Below, one piece after another: positions 28,832 to 37,661 of a DNA stretch of 64,000 nt. How positions within the stretch are numbered: position 1 is the first letter of the stretch; every line of letters starts with the position of its first letter. The stretch covers positions 1 through 64,000 of the forward strand of contig JBHGAY010000011.1 in NCBI GenBank assembly GCA_041946735.1, read 5' to 3'. The stretch comes from Candidatus Eiseniibacteriota bacterium (GTDB lineage: Bacteria; Eisenbacteria; RBG-16-71-46; CAIMUX01; VGJL01). The notes under the pieces are model-generated. The model made no database searches. It had not been told where the DNA came from and was given only the letters and a program-made list of their open reading frames with translations. Both the position numbers and the translations under genes were made by a program.

Positions 28832-29983
28832 ATGTCCTGCAAAGTGATCCACCTGATCGCGTCCAACTTCGTTGGGGGACCTGAGAAGCAGATCCTTGAG
28901 CACGCCGTCCGGATGATGCCCTATGGCGTGGCGTGCGAGATTGTCGTCTTTCAGGAACCGGAGAGTGCCGGGGAGCTTCTCGTAGCAGCGACCAAACGAG
29001 GAGTACCAGTGCGTGAGCTTCGTTCGGCTGGAGCTATCGACCCTCGCGTCGTTACACGCCTCGTCAGACTGATTCGTGAGGAGGAGGCACAGATCCTGTT
29101 CGCCCACGGCTACAAGGCGAACGTCGTGGGGCGCATTGCGACAGGTCTGGTCGGGACGCCGCATGTTGCTGTCTCAAGAGGCTGGACGTACGAAGACAGG
29201 CGCGTCAGAGGCTACGAGAGACTGGATCGGCTGATTCTCAGATGGGCGAACCACGTCGTCGCGGTCTCACCGAGCCAGGGAGCTGCCGTGGTAGCTTGTG
29301 GGGTCAAGAGGGAGCGCGTGAGCGTTGTGAATAACGCAATTGACGCGGCTCAGACCCCGGCAAGATCCAGGGATGATGTCCGTTCGTCGATCGGGGTGCC
29401 GGAGGGGCTGCCACTGATCCTTGGCGTAGGAAGGCTAAGTCCCGAGAAGGGATTCGCGGATTTGATTAGGGTCGAGGACCTATTGAGGAGAGATGGCGTT
29501 GATTCCTTCCTAGCGATCCTAGGCGAAGGAAGAGAGCGAGGCGGCTTGGAGAGGCAAATCGAAGCGCTTGGCCTACGCGACCGTGTCGCGTTGCCTGGCT
29601 TTGATCGGGATGTGTTCTCGGTGATCGCCGCGGCCGATGTGTTCGTTCTCGCCTCCTACACGGAGGGTCTCCCGAATGTGCTTCTTGAGGCCGCTGCTGC
29701 GCAACGGGCATGCGTCGCGACCGCGGTCGGAGGGTCGCCGGACATCATCCGGGACGGCCAGACTGGGCTGCTCGTTCCTCCGGGAAGGCCAGCAATGATA
29801 GCGGAGCGTGTGTCCCTCCTGTTGAAGGACGATGGTCTACGTGAACGTCTAGGGCGGACGGCTCGTGATCATGTGACCCGCAATTTCAGCTTTGAAGCGC
29901 AGACGGAGGCGTGGCTCGGCGTCTATCGCAGGGTTCGCGCCATGAGAAGAGAGCAAGGGGAGAACATTAGGGCCGGGGGGTAG
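28832..29983 (+). CDS. Glycosyltransferase family 4
   Basis: GGPEKQ, GRLSPEKG and EGLPNVLLEA (EX7E-type motif), plus GLLVPP. Confidence 0.92.
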   Translation: MSCKVIHLIASNFVGGPEKQILEHAVRMMPYGVACEIVVFQEPESAGELLVAATKRGVPVRELRSAGAIDPRVVTRLVRLIREEEAQILFAHGYKANVVGRIATGLVGTPHVAVSRGWTYEDRRVRGYERLDRLILRWANHVVAVSPSQGAAVVACGVKRERVSVVNNAIDAAQTPARSRDDVRSSIGVPEGLPLILGVGRLSPEKGFADLIRVEDLLRRDGVDSFLAILGEGRERGGLERQIEALGLRDRVALPGFDRDVFSVIAAADVFVLASYTEGLPNVLLEAAAAQRACVATAVGGSPDIIRDGQTGLLVPPGRPAMIAERVSLLLKDDGLRERLGRTARDHVTRNFSFEAQTEAWLGVYRRVRAMRREQGENIRAGG

Positions 29984-30190
29984 CGAACGAACGAGCGATC
30001 GGAGACGCCTCGGCTCGTCGCTGAGATAGGGACCATTGCTGCAGAGACCGCGCCTCTCCTCCGTGAAGAAGGCAGTGTCATTCGCGTCAGCGGCGAAGGC
30101 AAGTGACACACCACGTTCCTTCCTCCTCTCGTGGGCAGGAGCAGCTCTTTTGAGAGCCAGGAACGCCCCGATTCTGCAGGCCCTCCCACG

Positions 30191-30207
30191 GCTCGAAGAC
30201 CGGGCCC
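30191..30207 (+). repeat. Target-site duplication, left copy (GCTCGAAGACCGGGCCC)
   Basis: Identical 17-mer at 31580-31596. Confidence 0.9.
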
Positions 30208-31579
30208 TGTCGTTGACAAGTGAATCTGTCCGCTCTTAGCAAGTGATCTGTCCGCCTGCCTAGGCCGCTGCGGAGGCCAGGCACTTCCCGGCCTCCAGGC
30301 TCCTCGTTTCCGCCTCCTTCGCTCTGCCCAGCCGGTCGGACCGACCCAGGCAGCATTCTCCCATCCAGACACTGTGGGAGTCGTCGAGATGACGCCGAAC
30401 GACGACCTCCCGGCCGGCGCAGGTGCGAAGCCCTGCCTGTTTGCGGATCTGTAGTCGCTTGCCCTCGAAGCTCACGGCGTTGTCCCGGCTGACCGTCCGC
30501 TCCTCCTCGTGGCAGAGGATCTGGTCCACGTCGACTCTCCCCACGGGGACGAAGGCGTTAGCCGGATCTGTAGGCTTACGGCCGAACTCTTCGTTGTAGA
30601 TGGGAATGAAACGTTGCCTCAGGTAGCGGTTCGCTGCCTCGAGCGTGCTGATCCGGGCCACTCGCAGCTCGTTGACCAAGCGGCCTTGAAGGGTGCCGTT
30701 GGCTCGCTCGCTGCGCCCACGAGCCTGGGGCGAGTAGCCGAGGATATGCTCGATGCCCAGGCGCCGGAGAGCCCGCCCGACCTGCGTGAGATGCCCCGGC
30801 TCGGGCGCTTCTCCCTTGCGCGCCGTATACACCGCCCAGGAGGCCCGGTCGGTGTAGAGGGCCATGGGCAGGCCGTGCGTCGAGATCACCGAGTAGAGTG
30901 CGCTCATCGCGCTGTGGCCGTCCTCATGCTCGACCAACTGCGCGTAGAGCAGCTGGCTGGTGGCATCGTCCACGACGACCATCATGCACTGCCGGGTCTC
31001 GGGACGCAGAGCCAACCAGGCGTGATCGCTGCCATCGAGGTGGAGCATCTCCCCGAAGGACGCCCGCGGCTCCCGACGCAACCGATGCGGCCCGCGAGCC
31101 CGCTTCTTCCTGACCAGACCGGCCTCCTGCAGGGCCATACGAACCAGGGTGTAGGAGTGCTCGAACTTGTGTTCCCGTTTGAGGATCGAATGGAAGTGCC
31201 GGACATTGAACCCCTGGTAGCGAGTCCGGTAGAGACGAAGCACCTGCTCGAGCACCTTCACCGGCACCCGCCGAGGAGACGGCACGTGCCGCCGCCGATC
31301 GAGCAGCCCCTCGTAGCCGTATTTCTCCATGCGCCACCGCCATCGCCGCATGCTCCGATCGCTGATCCCGAGAATCTCCGCAGCCCGGATCCAGGTCAGC
31401 TCACCGCTCATCGCCCGCAAGATCACATCCTTCACCCTCATCGCCCGCTCCTCTGCGGTCGGCCGGTCGTCGTTCAAGGCGAAGCCCTCCTCGGCTCGCC
31501 CTCTACGGCATCCGGCCGCCCCTCCCTACGAGCGGACACTTCACTTGTCAAAAACCGGACAGATCATCTGCTCCCCACA
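30208..31579 (-). mobile_element. Complete IS1202-family (ISNCY) insertion sequence, 1372 bp
   Basis: TGT...ACA termini. Each end carries two copies of a CAAGTGA(A)TCTGTCCG-like motif in inverted orientation. Flanked by a 17-bp direct repeat at 30191-30207 and 31580-31596. Single intact transposase. Confidence 0.92.
30260..31477 (-). CDS. ISNCY/IS1202-family DDE transposase
   Basis: HTH (AAEILGISDRSMRR), HLDGSDH, VVDDAT, LYTDR, SPQARGRSERAN.TLQGRL and R.VSRDNAVSF. Start may be ATG 31441. Confidence 0.92.
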   Translation of the reverse strand: MNDDRPTAEERAMRVKDVILRAMSGELTWIRAAEILGISDRSMRRWRWRMEKYGYEGLLDRRRHVPSPRRVPVKVLEQVLRLYRTRYQGFNVRHFHSILKREHKFEHSYTLVRMALQEAGLVRKKRARGPHRLRREPRASFGEMLHLDGSDHAWLALRPETRQCMMVVVDDATSQLLYAQLVEHEDGHSAMSALYSVISTHGLPMALYTDRASWAVYTARKGEAPEPGHLTQVGRALRRLGIEHILGYSPQARGRSERANGTLQGRLVNELRVARISTLEAANRYLRQRFIPIYNEEFGRKPTDPANAFVPVGRVDVDQILCHEEERTVSRDNAVSFEGKRLQIRKQAGLRTCAGREVVVRRHLDDSHSVWMGECCLGRSDRLGRAKEAETRSLEAGKCLASAAA

Positions 31580-31596
31580 GCTCGAAGACCGGGCCC
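31580..31596 (+). repeat. Target-site duplication, right copy (GCTCGAAGACCGGGCCC)
   Basis: Identical 17-mer at 30191-30207. Confidence 0.9.
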
Positions 31597-31676
31597 TTGC
31601 TCCCATCTCCCTCTTCATGCCAGCATGCTCCGCTTATCAGAGCTCGCCCAGGCATGGCCGCCAGGGAGACCGACCG

Positions 31677-33134
31677 ATGCAGGCAGGACCGGACGGATCC
31701 AAGTCAACCCACACCCCCACCCACGCCGACGAGCTGCTCGCCCGTGCCGTCGCCGCGGCGGAGGCGTTTCGCCTCCTCGATCAGGAGGCGGTCGACCGGA
31801 TCGTCGCCGCCGCCTACCGGGCGGCGTACGACGCCCGCATTCCGCTCGCGCGGCTCGCCTTCGATGAGACGGGGATCGGGGTCTTCGAGCACAAGGTCGT
31901 CAAGAACGCCTGGGCCAGCCTGCTCGTCTACGAGGACATCCGGCACCGGCGGACGGTCGGCATCCTGAGCGACAATGCGGCGACCGGAATCACCGAGGTC
32001 GCGCACCCTCGCGGTCCCGTCCTCGCGACCGTCCCTGTGACGAACCCGACCTCGACAGCGATCTTCAAGATCCTGATCGCTCTCAAGACGCGCAACCCGC
32101 TCATCATCTCCCCGCATGGCGGAGCGCGGCGCTCGATCCGCGAGACGGCGCGCATCCTCGAGGACGCGGCAATCGCCGCTGGCGCCCCGGCCGATTGCGT
32201 GCAGGTCATCACCAAGCCGCAGAAGGAGCACCTCGAGGAGGTGATGCGGCATCCGAAGCTTGCGCTGATCCTCGCGACCGGCACGGGCGGGATCGTGCGG
32301 ATGGCCGAGCTGTCCGGCACGCCGACGATCGGCGTCGGGCCGGGCAACGTCCCTGTCTACATCCATGAGGACGCGGACCTCGAGATGGCGTGCCGCTTCA
32401 CCGTCCATTCGAAGACGTTCGACAATGGGACGGTCTGCGCGAGCGAGCAGGCGCTCGTGATCCCGCGCTCGATCGAGCCGAGGCTGCGGCACTGCCTGAT
32501 GGAACGTGGCTCGCACTTCTGCTCGCCGGAGGAGACCACGCGCTTGGACCGGATCGCCTTCGACCCCGAGAGCCGGTCGATGCGCGCCGACGTCGTCGGT
32601 CGCTCCGCTGTCTCGATTGCGCAGCGCTGCGGCTTCCAGGTTCCGGAGCGGACGCGGCTTCTGATCGCCGAGCCGCTGGGTGTCGGACGCGAGCACCCGC
32701 TGTCGCACGAGATCCTCGCGCCGATCCTCGCCTACTACGTCGTCGACTCCTATGAGGAGGCGTTACAGACGTGCGCCGCGTTGAACCGCCAGGGCGGGAT
32801 CGGCCATACGGTCGGCCTCTACACGGAGGACGAGAAGGTGATCCGCGACTTCGCCTTCACGGTCAGCGCCGGCCGGATCTGCGTGAACCAGCCGACGACG
32901 CAGGGCGCCATCGGCGGCCTCTACAACGTGCTTCGCCCGTCCCTCACGCTCGGATGCGGAACGGGGGCCGGCAACATCACGACCGACAACGTCACGACGG
33001 ATCACCTGCTCGAGATCCATCGCGTGGCGCGGCGGCGCGAGAACGCCCGCTGGATGGCGATCCAGCGGGCGACGTTCCTCGATCCCGACGTCGGGTCGGA
33101 TCGGATCGAGAGGATCTATCAGGCTGGGGCCTGA
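31677..33134 (+). CDS. CoA-acylating aldehyde dehydrogenase (AdhE N-domain/EutE-like)
   Basis: PVTNPTSTAIFKIL, ILATG, GVGPGN, SKTFDNGTVCASEQ (catalytic Cys), GHT and SLTLGCG. Start ATG 31677 after GGGAGA. Confidence 0.9.
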   Translation: MQAGPDGSKSTHTPTHADELLARAVAAAEAFRLLDQEAVDRIVAAAYRAAYDARIPLARLAFDETGIGVFEHKVVKNAWASLLVYEDIRHRRTVGILSDNAATGITEVAHPRGPVLATVPVTNPTSTAIFKILIALKTRNPLIISPHGGARRSIRETARILEDAAIAAGAPADCVQVITKPQKEHLEEVMRHPKLALILATGTGGIVRMAELSGTPTIGVGPGNVPVYIHEDADLEMACRFTVHSKTFDNGTVCASEQALVIPRSIEPRLRHCLMERGSHFCSPEETTRLDRIAFDPESRSMRADVVGRSAVSIAQRCGFQVPERTRLLIAEPLGVGREHPLSHEILAPILAYYVVDSYEEALQTCAALNRQGGIGHTVGLYTEDEKVIRDFAFTVSAGRICVNQPTTQGAIGGLYNVLRPSLTLGCGTGAGNITTDNVTTDHLLEIHRVARRRENARWMAIQRATFLDPDVGSDRIERIYQAGA

Positions 33135-33181
33135 CGGGGGCGTGACGGGGAGCGTGACGGCGGCCGGCCTTCGCACACGCT

Positions 33182-34240
33182 CTACGCCCGCGCCTCCAGC
33201 ACCATGTTGAACGGCGTCTCGGCGGCGCGGCGCACCTGCTTGAATCCCGCGTCCATCAGCACCTGGCGCAGGCGCGCCTCTCCCGCCTGGGCGCCCAGCG
33301 CGGCGCCGACCTCCTGGGAGAGCGAGCACTGCGTGCAGACGAGCGTCGAGGCGGTGTAGTAGACCCGCCCGACCGGGTTCAGGTTGTCCTCGACGCGGTC
33401 GCCGGCCATCGGCTCGACGACCATCAAGGTCCCGCCTGGGGCGAGCGCCTCGCGCGCGTGAGCGGCGGCGCCGACCGGGTCGCCCATGTCGTGCAGGCAG
33501 TCGAAGAACGCGATCAGGTCGTAATCTTTGCCGGGAAAGGTCTTCGCCATGCTGACCTCGAAGTTGAGGTTGCCGTTCGTGCCGGCGACCTGGGCGCGCT
33601 GGCGGGCCGTCTCGATCGAAGGTCCGTGGTAGTCGAAGCCGATGAAGCGGGACCGCGGGAAGGCGTTGGCCATGAGGATCGTGGAGACGCCGTGGCCGCA
33701 TCCGACGTCCGCGACCTTTGCCCCCGAGCGCAGCTTCGCCTCGACGCCGTCGAGGGCCGGGATCCAGGACGAGATCAGGTTGCCCAGGTAGGTCGAGCGG
33801 AAGAACTTCTCCGTCCCCTCGAACAGCGTGTGATGGTGCTCGTGCCAGCCCACCCCCTTGCCGGTCCGGAACGCGTCGGTGACCTTCGGCTCGTCGAACA
33901 GCATCGAGGTGCAGAGCGAGAACGCCGGGGTGATGTAGGCCGGACTGTCCTGCTGGGTCAGCGCCATGGCGTGCTCCTCTGGCAGCTCGTACTTCTCGGT
34001 CTTCGGGTCGTAGCTGATGTAGCCGCCCGCCGCTTGGCCGTTCAGCCACTCGCGCACCGACCGCTCGTTGGTGCCCGTCCGCTGCGCCAGCTCCTGTGGA
34101 GTCAGCGGGCCCGCGCCGGCCATCGCCTTGTAGAGGCCGAGCTTGTCCCCCATCAGGACCAGCGCGGTGTTCAGCGCGGCGCCGAGATCCGACACCACGC
34201 GGCCGAGAAACTCATCCAGCTTCTTCTCGTCGATCGCCAT
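33182..34240 (-). CDS. Class I SAM-dependent methyltransferase with N-terminal wHTH (Rv2258c-like)
   Basis: GDKLGLYKAM, ERSVREWL, VADVGCGHG, FFDCLHDMGDP and LGAQAGE. Confidence 0.9.
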   Translation of the reverse strand: MAIDEKKLDEFLGRVVSDLGAALNTALVLMGDKLGLYKAMAGAGPLTPQELAQRTGTNERSVREWLNGQAAGGYISYDPKTEKYELPEEHAMALTQQDSPAYITPAFSLCTSMLFDEPKVTDAFRTGKGVGWHEHHHTLFEGTEKFFRSTYLGNLISSWIPALDGVEAKLRSGAKVADVGCGHGVSTILMANAFPRSRFIGFDYHGPSIETARQRAQVAGTNGNLNFEVSMAKTFPGKDYDLIAFFDCLHDMGDPVGAAAHAREALAPGGTLMVVEPMAGDRVEDNLNPVGRVYYTASTLVCTQCSLSQEVGAALGAQAGEARLRQVLMDAGFKQVRRAAETPFNMVLEARA

Positions 34241-34771
34241 GACCTTCTCCCCGCGGCCGGCTGTTGCCATCCCTTGCTCGCGATCCCGGCGATCGAGTCG
34301 CGGGACCTCTCTCCCCGGGCTTTCCGGGACAGGGTGAGTCTCGGGGAGGTCCGGCGAGCCCGATAGCCGCACGAGGATGCGGGCCGAGCCGCTGTGAGAA
34401 GGGTCAAGGCCTTTCTTCCCGCATGAGCATGCGAGGCGGAAGGCAAAAGCCAACGGGCTCAGCGGCTCCGAGCGGCCCGAGCCGGCCGTCACGGTACCGT
34501 CTCGTCAGTTCCCCAACAAAGGAGAACGTGCTAACATCCGTTCGCCAATGAATCCACAGCCTCCGCGGCCGTCAGAAGCCGCCTTTTGCCAGCGCCTGCT
34601 TATGGATGCCCAGTCCAGAGCGCGACAGCTGAAAGCGCCTTTCTCCGTGCCTGTTGAGCGCATGTGGCGCCCAAAGGTCGATGGCGGGGAGTCACCTCCT
34701 GCGGATTCTCATGCCTTGGAACATCCCTGGACCTTCGGTGTGAGCCGGATCTTCTGCCCCGTACCTACACG

Positions 34772-34799
34772 AACCTTCACATGCTAACCTTCACATGCT
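34772..34799 (+). repeat. Perfect 14-bp tandem duplication (AACCTTCACATGCT x2) spanning the MBOAT start codon
   Basis: Copies at 34772-34785 and 34786-34799, read directly. Confidence 0.9.
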
Positions 34800-36276
34800 C
34801 TTCGACACGCCGGTTTACATAGTCTTTCTGGTTTTGGTCGTTCTGGCCTACTGGCGACTGCCACCCCGTCGGCAAAACGCGTTCCTCTTGCTCGCCAGCG
34901 TCGTCTTCTACGCTTGGTGGGACTACCGCTTTCTGGCATTGCTCCTCGGATCAGCGCTTGTTGGCTTCGCCTGTGGTCTTTTGATTGACCGCTCAAAGCA
35001 TCCACGACGGCGCCACGCTTTTGTGGCAGCTGGTCTCCTCGTAAGCCTCGTAACACTCGGCGCCTTCAAGTACTTCAACTTCTTCGTCGATTCGCTGCAA
35101 TCGGCGATGGCCCCGTTAGGGTTCGCACGCTTCCCGAGAGTCGTCCTCCAAACCGTGCTTCCTCCGGGCATTTCGTTTTACACTTTCCAGCAAGTCGCCT
35201 ACCTGGTAGAAGTCCATCGCAAGACAATAAGGCCGTCGCGAAGCATTGTAGACTACTCGCTCTTCCTGAGTTTATTCCCACATCTCATCGCCGGACCGAT
35301 TCAGAGACCCGGTCATCTTCTGCCTCAGGTGGAAGGCCCGAGGACGTGCAACCACGATCAGATGGTTGACGGCGTGATGTTGATAGTAACGGGGCTGTTT
35401 CGCAAATGCGTAATCGCAAACGGCAGCGCGATGATCGCAAATGCTGCCTTCGGGGGACAGCTCGGACCACCATCGTTGCCCCTGCTGCTCCTTGGGGCCT
35501 ACAGCTTCGCGCTCCAGATCTATGGTGATTTCAGCGGCTACTCCGACATAGCGCGTGGAAGCGCAAAGCTCATGGGGTTCGAGTTCGTCCTGAACTTCCG
35601 GCAGCCGTACTTGGCGACAACGGTTCAGGACTTCTGGCGTCGTTGGCACATCAGCCTGAGCACCTGGCTTCGTGACTATCTGTTCCTGCCCTTGAGTTAT
35701 TGGCTGTCGAGATCCATGCAGAAGGAGCGATGGTTCGGTATCAAGAGGGATCTTTGGATCTACGGGGTAGCGAGCATCGGCACCATGCTCATAGGCGGGT
35801 TGTGGCATGGCGCGAGCTGGACGTTCCTGGTCTGGGGAGGGTTCTGGGGCGTTTGTCTGGCTTTAGAAAGGGGATTCTGGAGTCTGCTCGGGCCGGCGGG
35901 GCGTAGGAATCCGATGAGGTGGGTGCATCCGGGTTTGCGCTCCTGGAGGACCTGGGGGATGCGCCTCATGGTATTCCACCTAGCGTGCCTCGCGTGGGTG
36001 CTGTTCCGTGTCGATTCACTCGCACAGGCAGGCCGGCTTCTTTCGGGCGCGCTCGCAGTAGACTGGAGGGCTGACTACGGTCCCAGCGCCATCTACTTGT
36101 TGGTGCTCTCGTTGCCGATGGGTCTGCTCGACCTAACTATGGAGTCCCGCGGGTGGGAGTACCCGGTGGCCGACAGGGGCATCCTAGCCAAGATGGCATG
36201 CGCAGTGATTCTCATTGGCGCGATTGCGCTTTGCTCGGCCGGCAACGTCAGCGCATTCATATACTTTCAGTTCTGA
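34795..36276 (+). CDS. MBOAT family O-acyltransferase (AlgI/PatA-like)
   Basis: FKYFNFF, PPGISFYTFQ, FPHLIAGPI, QIYGDFSGYSDIA, FWRRWHISLSTWLRDY, GLWHGA (catalytic His) and C-terminal FIYFQF. Confidence 0.95.
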   Translation: MLFDTPVYIVFLVLVVLAYWRLPPRRQNAFLLLASVVFYAWWDYRFLALLLGSALVGFACGLLIDRSKHPRRRHAFVAAGLLVSLVTLGAFKYFNFFVDSLQSAMAPLGFARFPRVVLQTVLPPGISFYTFQQVAYLVEVHRKTIRPSRSIVDYSLFLSLFPHLIAGPIQRPGHLLPQVEGPRTCNHDQMVDGVMLIVTGLFRKCVIANGSAMIANAAFGGQLGPPSLPLLLLGAYSFALQIYGDFSGYSDIARGSAKLMGFEFVLNFRQPYLATTVQDFWRRWHISLSTWLRDYLFLPLSYWLSRSMQKERWFGIKRDLWIYGVASIGTMLIGGLWHGASWTFLVWGGFWGVCLALERGFWSLLGPAGRRNPMRWVHPGLRSWRTWGMRLMVFHLACLAWVLFRVDSLAQAGRLLSGALAVDWRADYGPSAIYLLVLSLPMGLLDLTMESRGWEYPVADRGILAKMACAVILIGAIALCSAGNVSAFIYFQF

Positions 36277-36284
36277 GGGGCGAG

Positions 36285-37247
36285 ATGGCCAAAGGGCGGT
36301 TTGAGCTTGCGATGCTGTTGGCGGCTGTTGTCGCGATGCTGCTTGGGCTGGAGGGCGTTACGCGCCTCGGTTTCGACCGCGTAGATCGCGGGCAGAAGAA
36401 GTTGACAAGGCAATGGGAAGACGCGGTCCGCGCGGCTCCTGAAGGTTCGTGCATTCTCATTGTTGTTGGCAACTCTCTGCTTGATGCCGCGCTTGACCGA
36501 GAATGGGCGCGTCTTTCACTCGCAGCAGAGTTCGACGTTCGGGTGGTCACAGTACCTGATACGCGATTTTTCGACTGGTACTTCGGGATTCAGAAGCTGA
36601 TCGCGGATGGTGCTCGACCATCGGTAGTTGCGTTGATGATCGGAGAGGAAGCGCTGGTCCAGAAGGGAACCCGGAAGGAGTATTCAGCCCAATACTTGTT
36701 CCGGGGTAGTGACATCATTAGCGTCGCGAGGCAGACAGCGTTGGGTCGGAATGAGGCTGCCGACCTGCTTCTTGGGGAGGTGAGCAAGTTCTGGGGAGCA
36801 CGGGCGGAGATCAGGAAGTCGGTTTTGGGGAAACCTCTCCCAGAGGTCGGCCGGCTCTTGCAGCGCCTGGCCACCAGGCGGGCAGGGGTCAGGACGCCAG
36901 ACTCTTTATGTGCGGAGTCGACCGAGCGCTTGGAGTTGCTGAGAAAACTGGGGGAGACTTGCGGCTTCCAAGCTTGGTACGTCGTGGCTCCGCGCGTAGG
37001 AAGAGCGGAGGACATCGAAGCCATTCGAATGGCCGGTGAGCAAGCGAAGATCCCCGTGATTGTCCCCCTCGAGACGAGGGACGTTTCCGCCGAGGACTTT
37101 ACCGACGGATACCATCTGCGGCGAGAGCGGGGACTTCTGTTCACGCGCGCATTCGTAGAAACCGTACTTGCGCTAACGGCGCATGCGAAGAGGAGTGATG
37201 TCCGCCCAGCAGGCTTGTCGGAGCAGGCGCGTCGTCGCACGCCCTGA
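36285..37247 (+). CDS. SGNH-like periplasmic acyltransferase partner (AlgJ/DltD-like)
   Basis: N-terminal TM anchor (LLGLEGVTR), IVVGNS nucleophile block and FTDGYHL (DxxH). Directly downstream of the MBOAT. Confidence 0.7.
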   Translation: MAKGRFELAMLLAAVVAMLLGLEGVTRLGFDRVDRGQKKLTRQWEDAVRAAPEGSCILIVVGNSLLDAALDREWARLSLAAEFDVRVVTVPDTRFFDWYFGIQKLIADGARPSVVALMIGEEALVQKGTRKEYSAQYLFRGSDIISVARQTALGRNEAADLLLGEVSKFWGARAEIRKSVLGKPLPEVGRLLQRLATRRAGVRTPDSLCAESTERLELLRKLGETCGFQAWYVVAPRVGRAEDIEAIRMAGEQAKIPVIVPLETRDVSAEDFTDGYHLRRERGLLFTRAFVETVLALTAHAKRSDVRPAGLSEQARRRTP

Positions 37248-37322
37248 TGCCCGGCCGCATAGGCTGTCGCGTCCCCCTGGAAGTAGAGGTAACGGTTCTT
37301 GCCGCCTCCCGCTAGGAATGCG

Positions 37323-37604
37323 CTAGGAATCCATCCCGATCGAGAACATCCGCTCGAGGTCGTAGCGCGAGTAGGAGCGGAAGGCGATCAATGTCTCGGT
37401 GGAGTCGACCCCGTCGACGCGTGCGAGGGACTTCGTGACGAGGTCGGCCACGTCTTCGTTGCGCCGGACGCGGAGGATCGCGACTAAGTCCCACTCGCCG
37501 GCCACCGAATAGACCTCGGTGATGCCGTCGATGCGCGAGAGCGTCTCGGCTGCGCTGGCGACGACTCCAGGCTCGACGGAGATCAGAACGATTGCGGTCA
37601 CCAT
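37323..37604 (-). CDS. Lrp/AsnC ligand-binding-domain protein (stand-alone)
   Basis: 93 aa. VTAIVLI...EVYSVAGEWDLVAI...GVDSTETLIAF. No HTH. Confidence 0.9.
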   Translation of the reverse strand: MVTAIVLISVEPGVVASAAETLSRIDGITEVYSVAGEWDLVAILRVRRNEDVADLVTKSLARVDGVDSTETLIAFRSYSRYDLERMFSIGMDS

Positions 37605-37661
37605 CTTCGTTTCCTCCTCGGGATCGGCCCCGGCATTGGCGGCCGGGTGGGCGAGCGAGCG

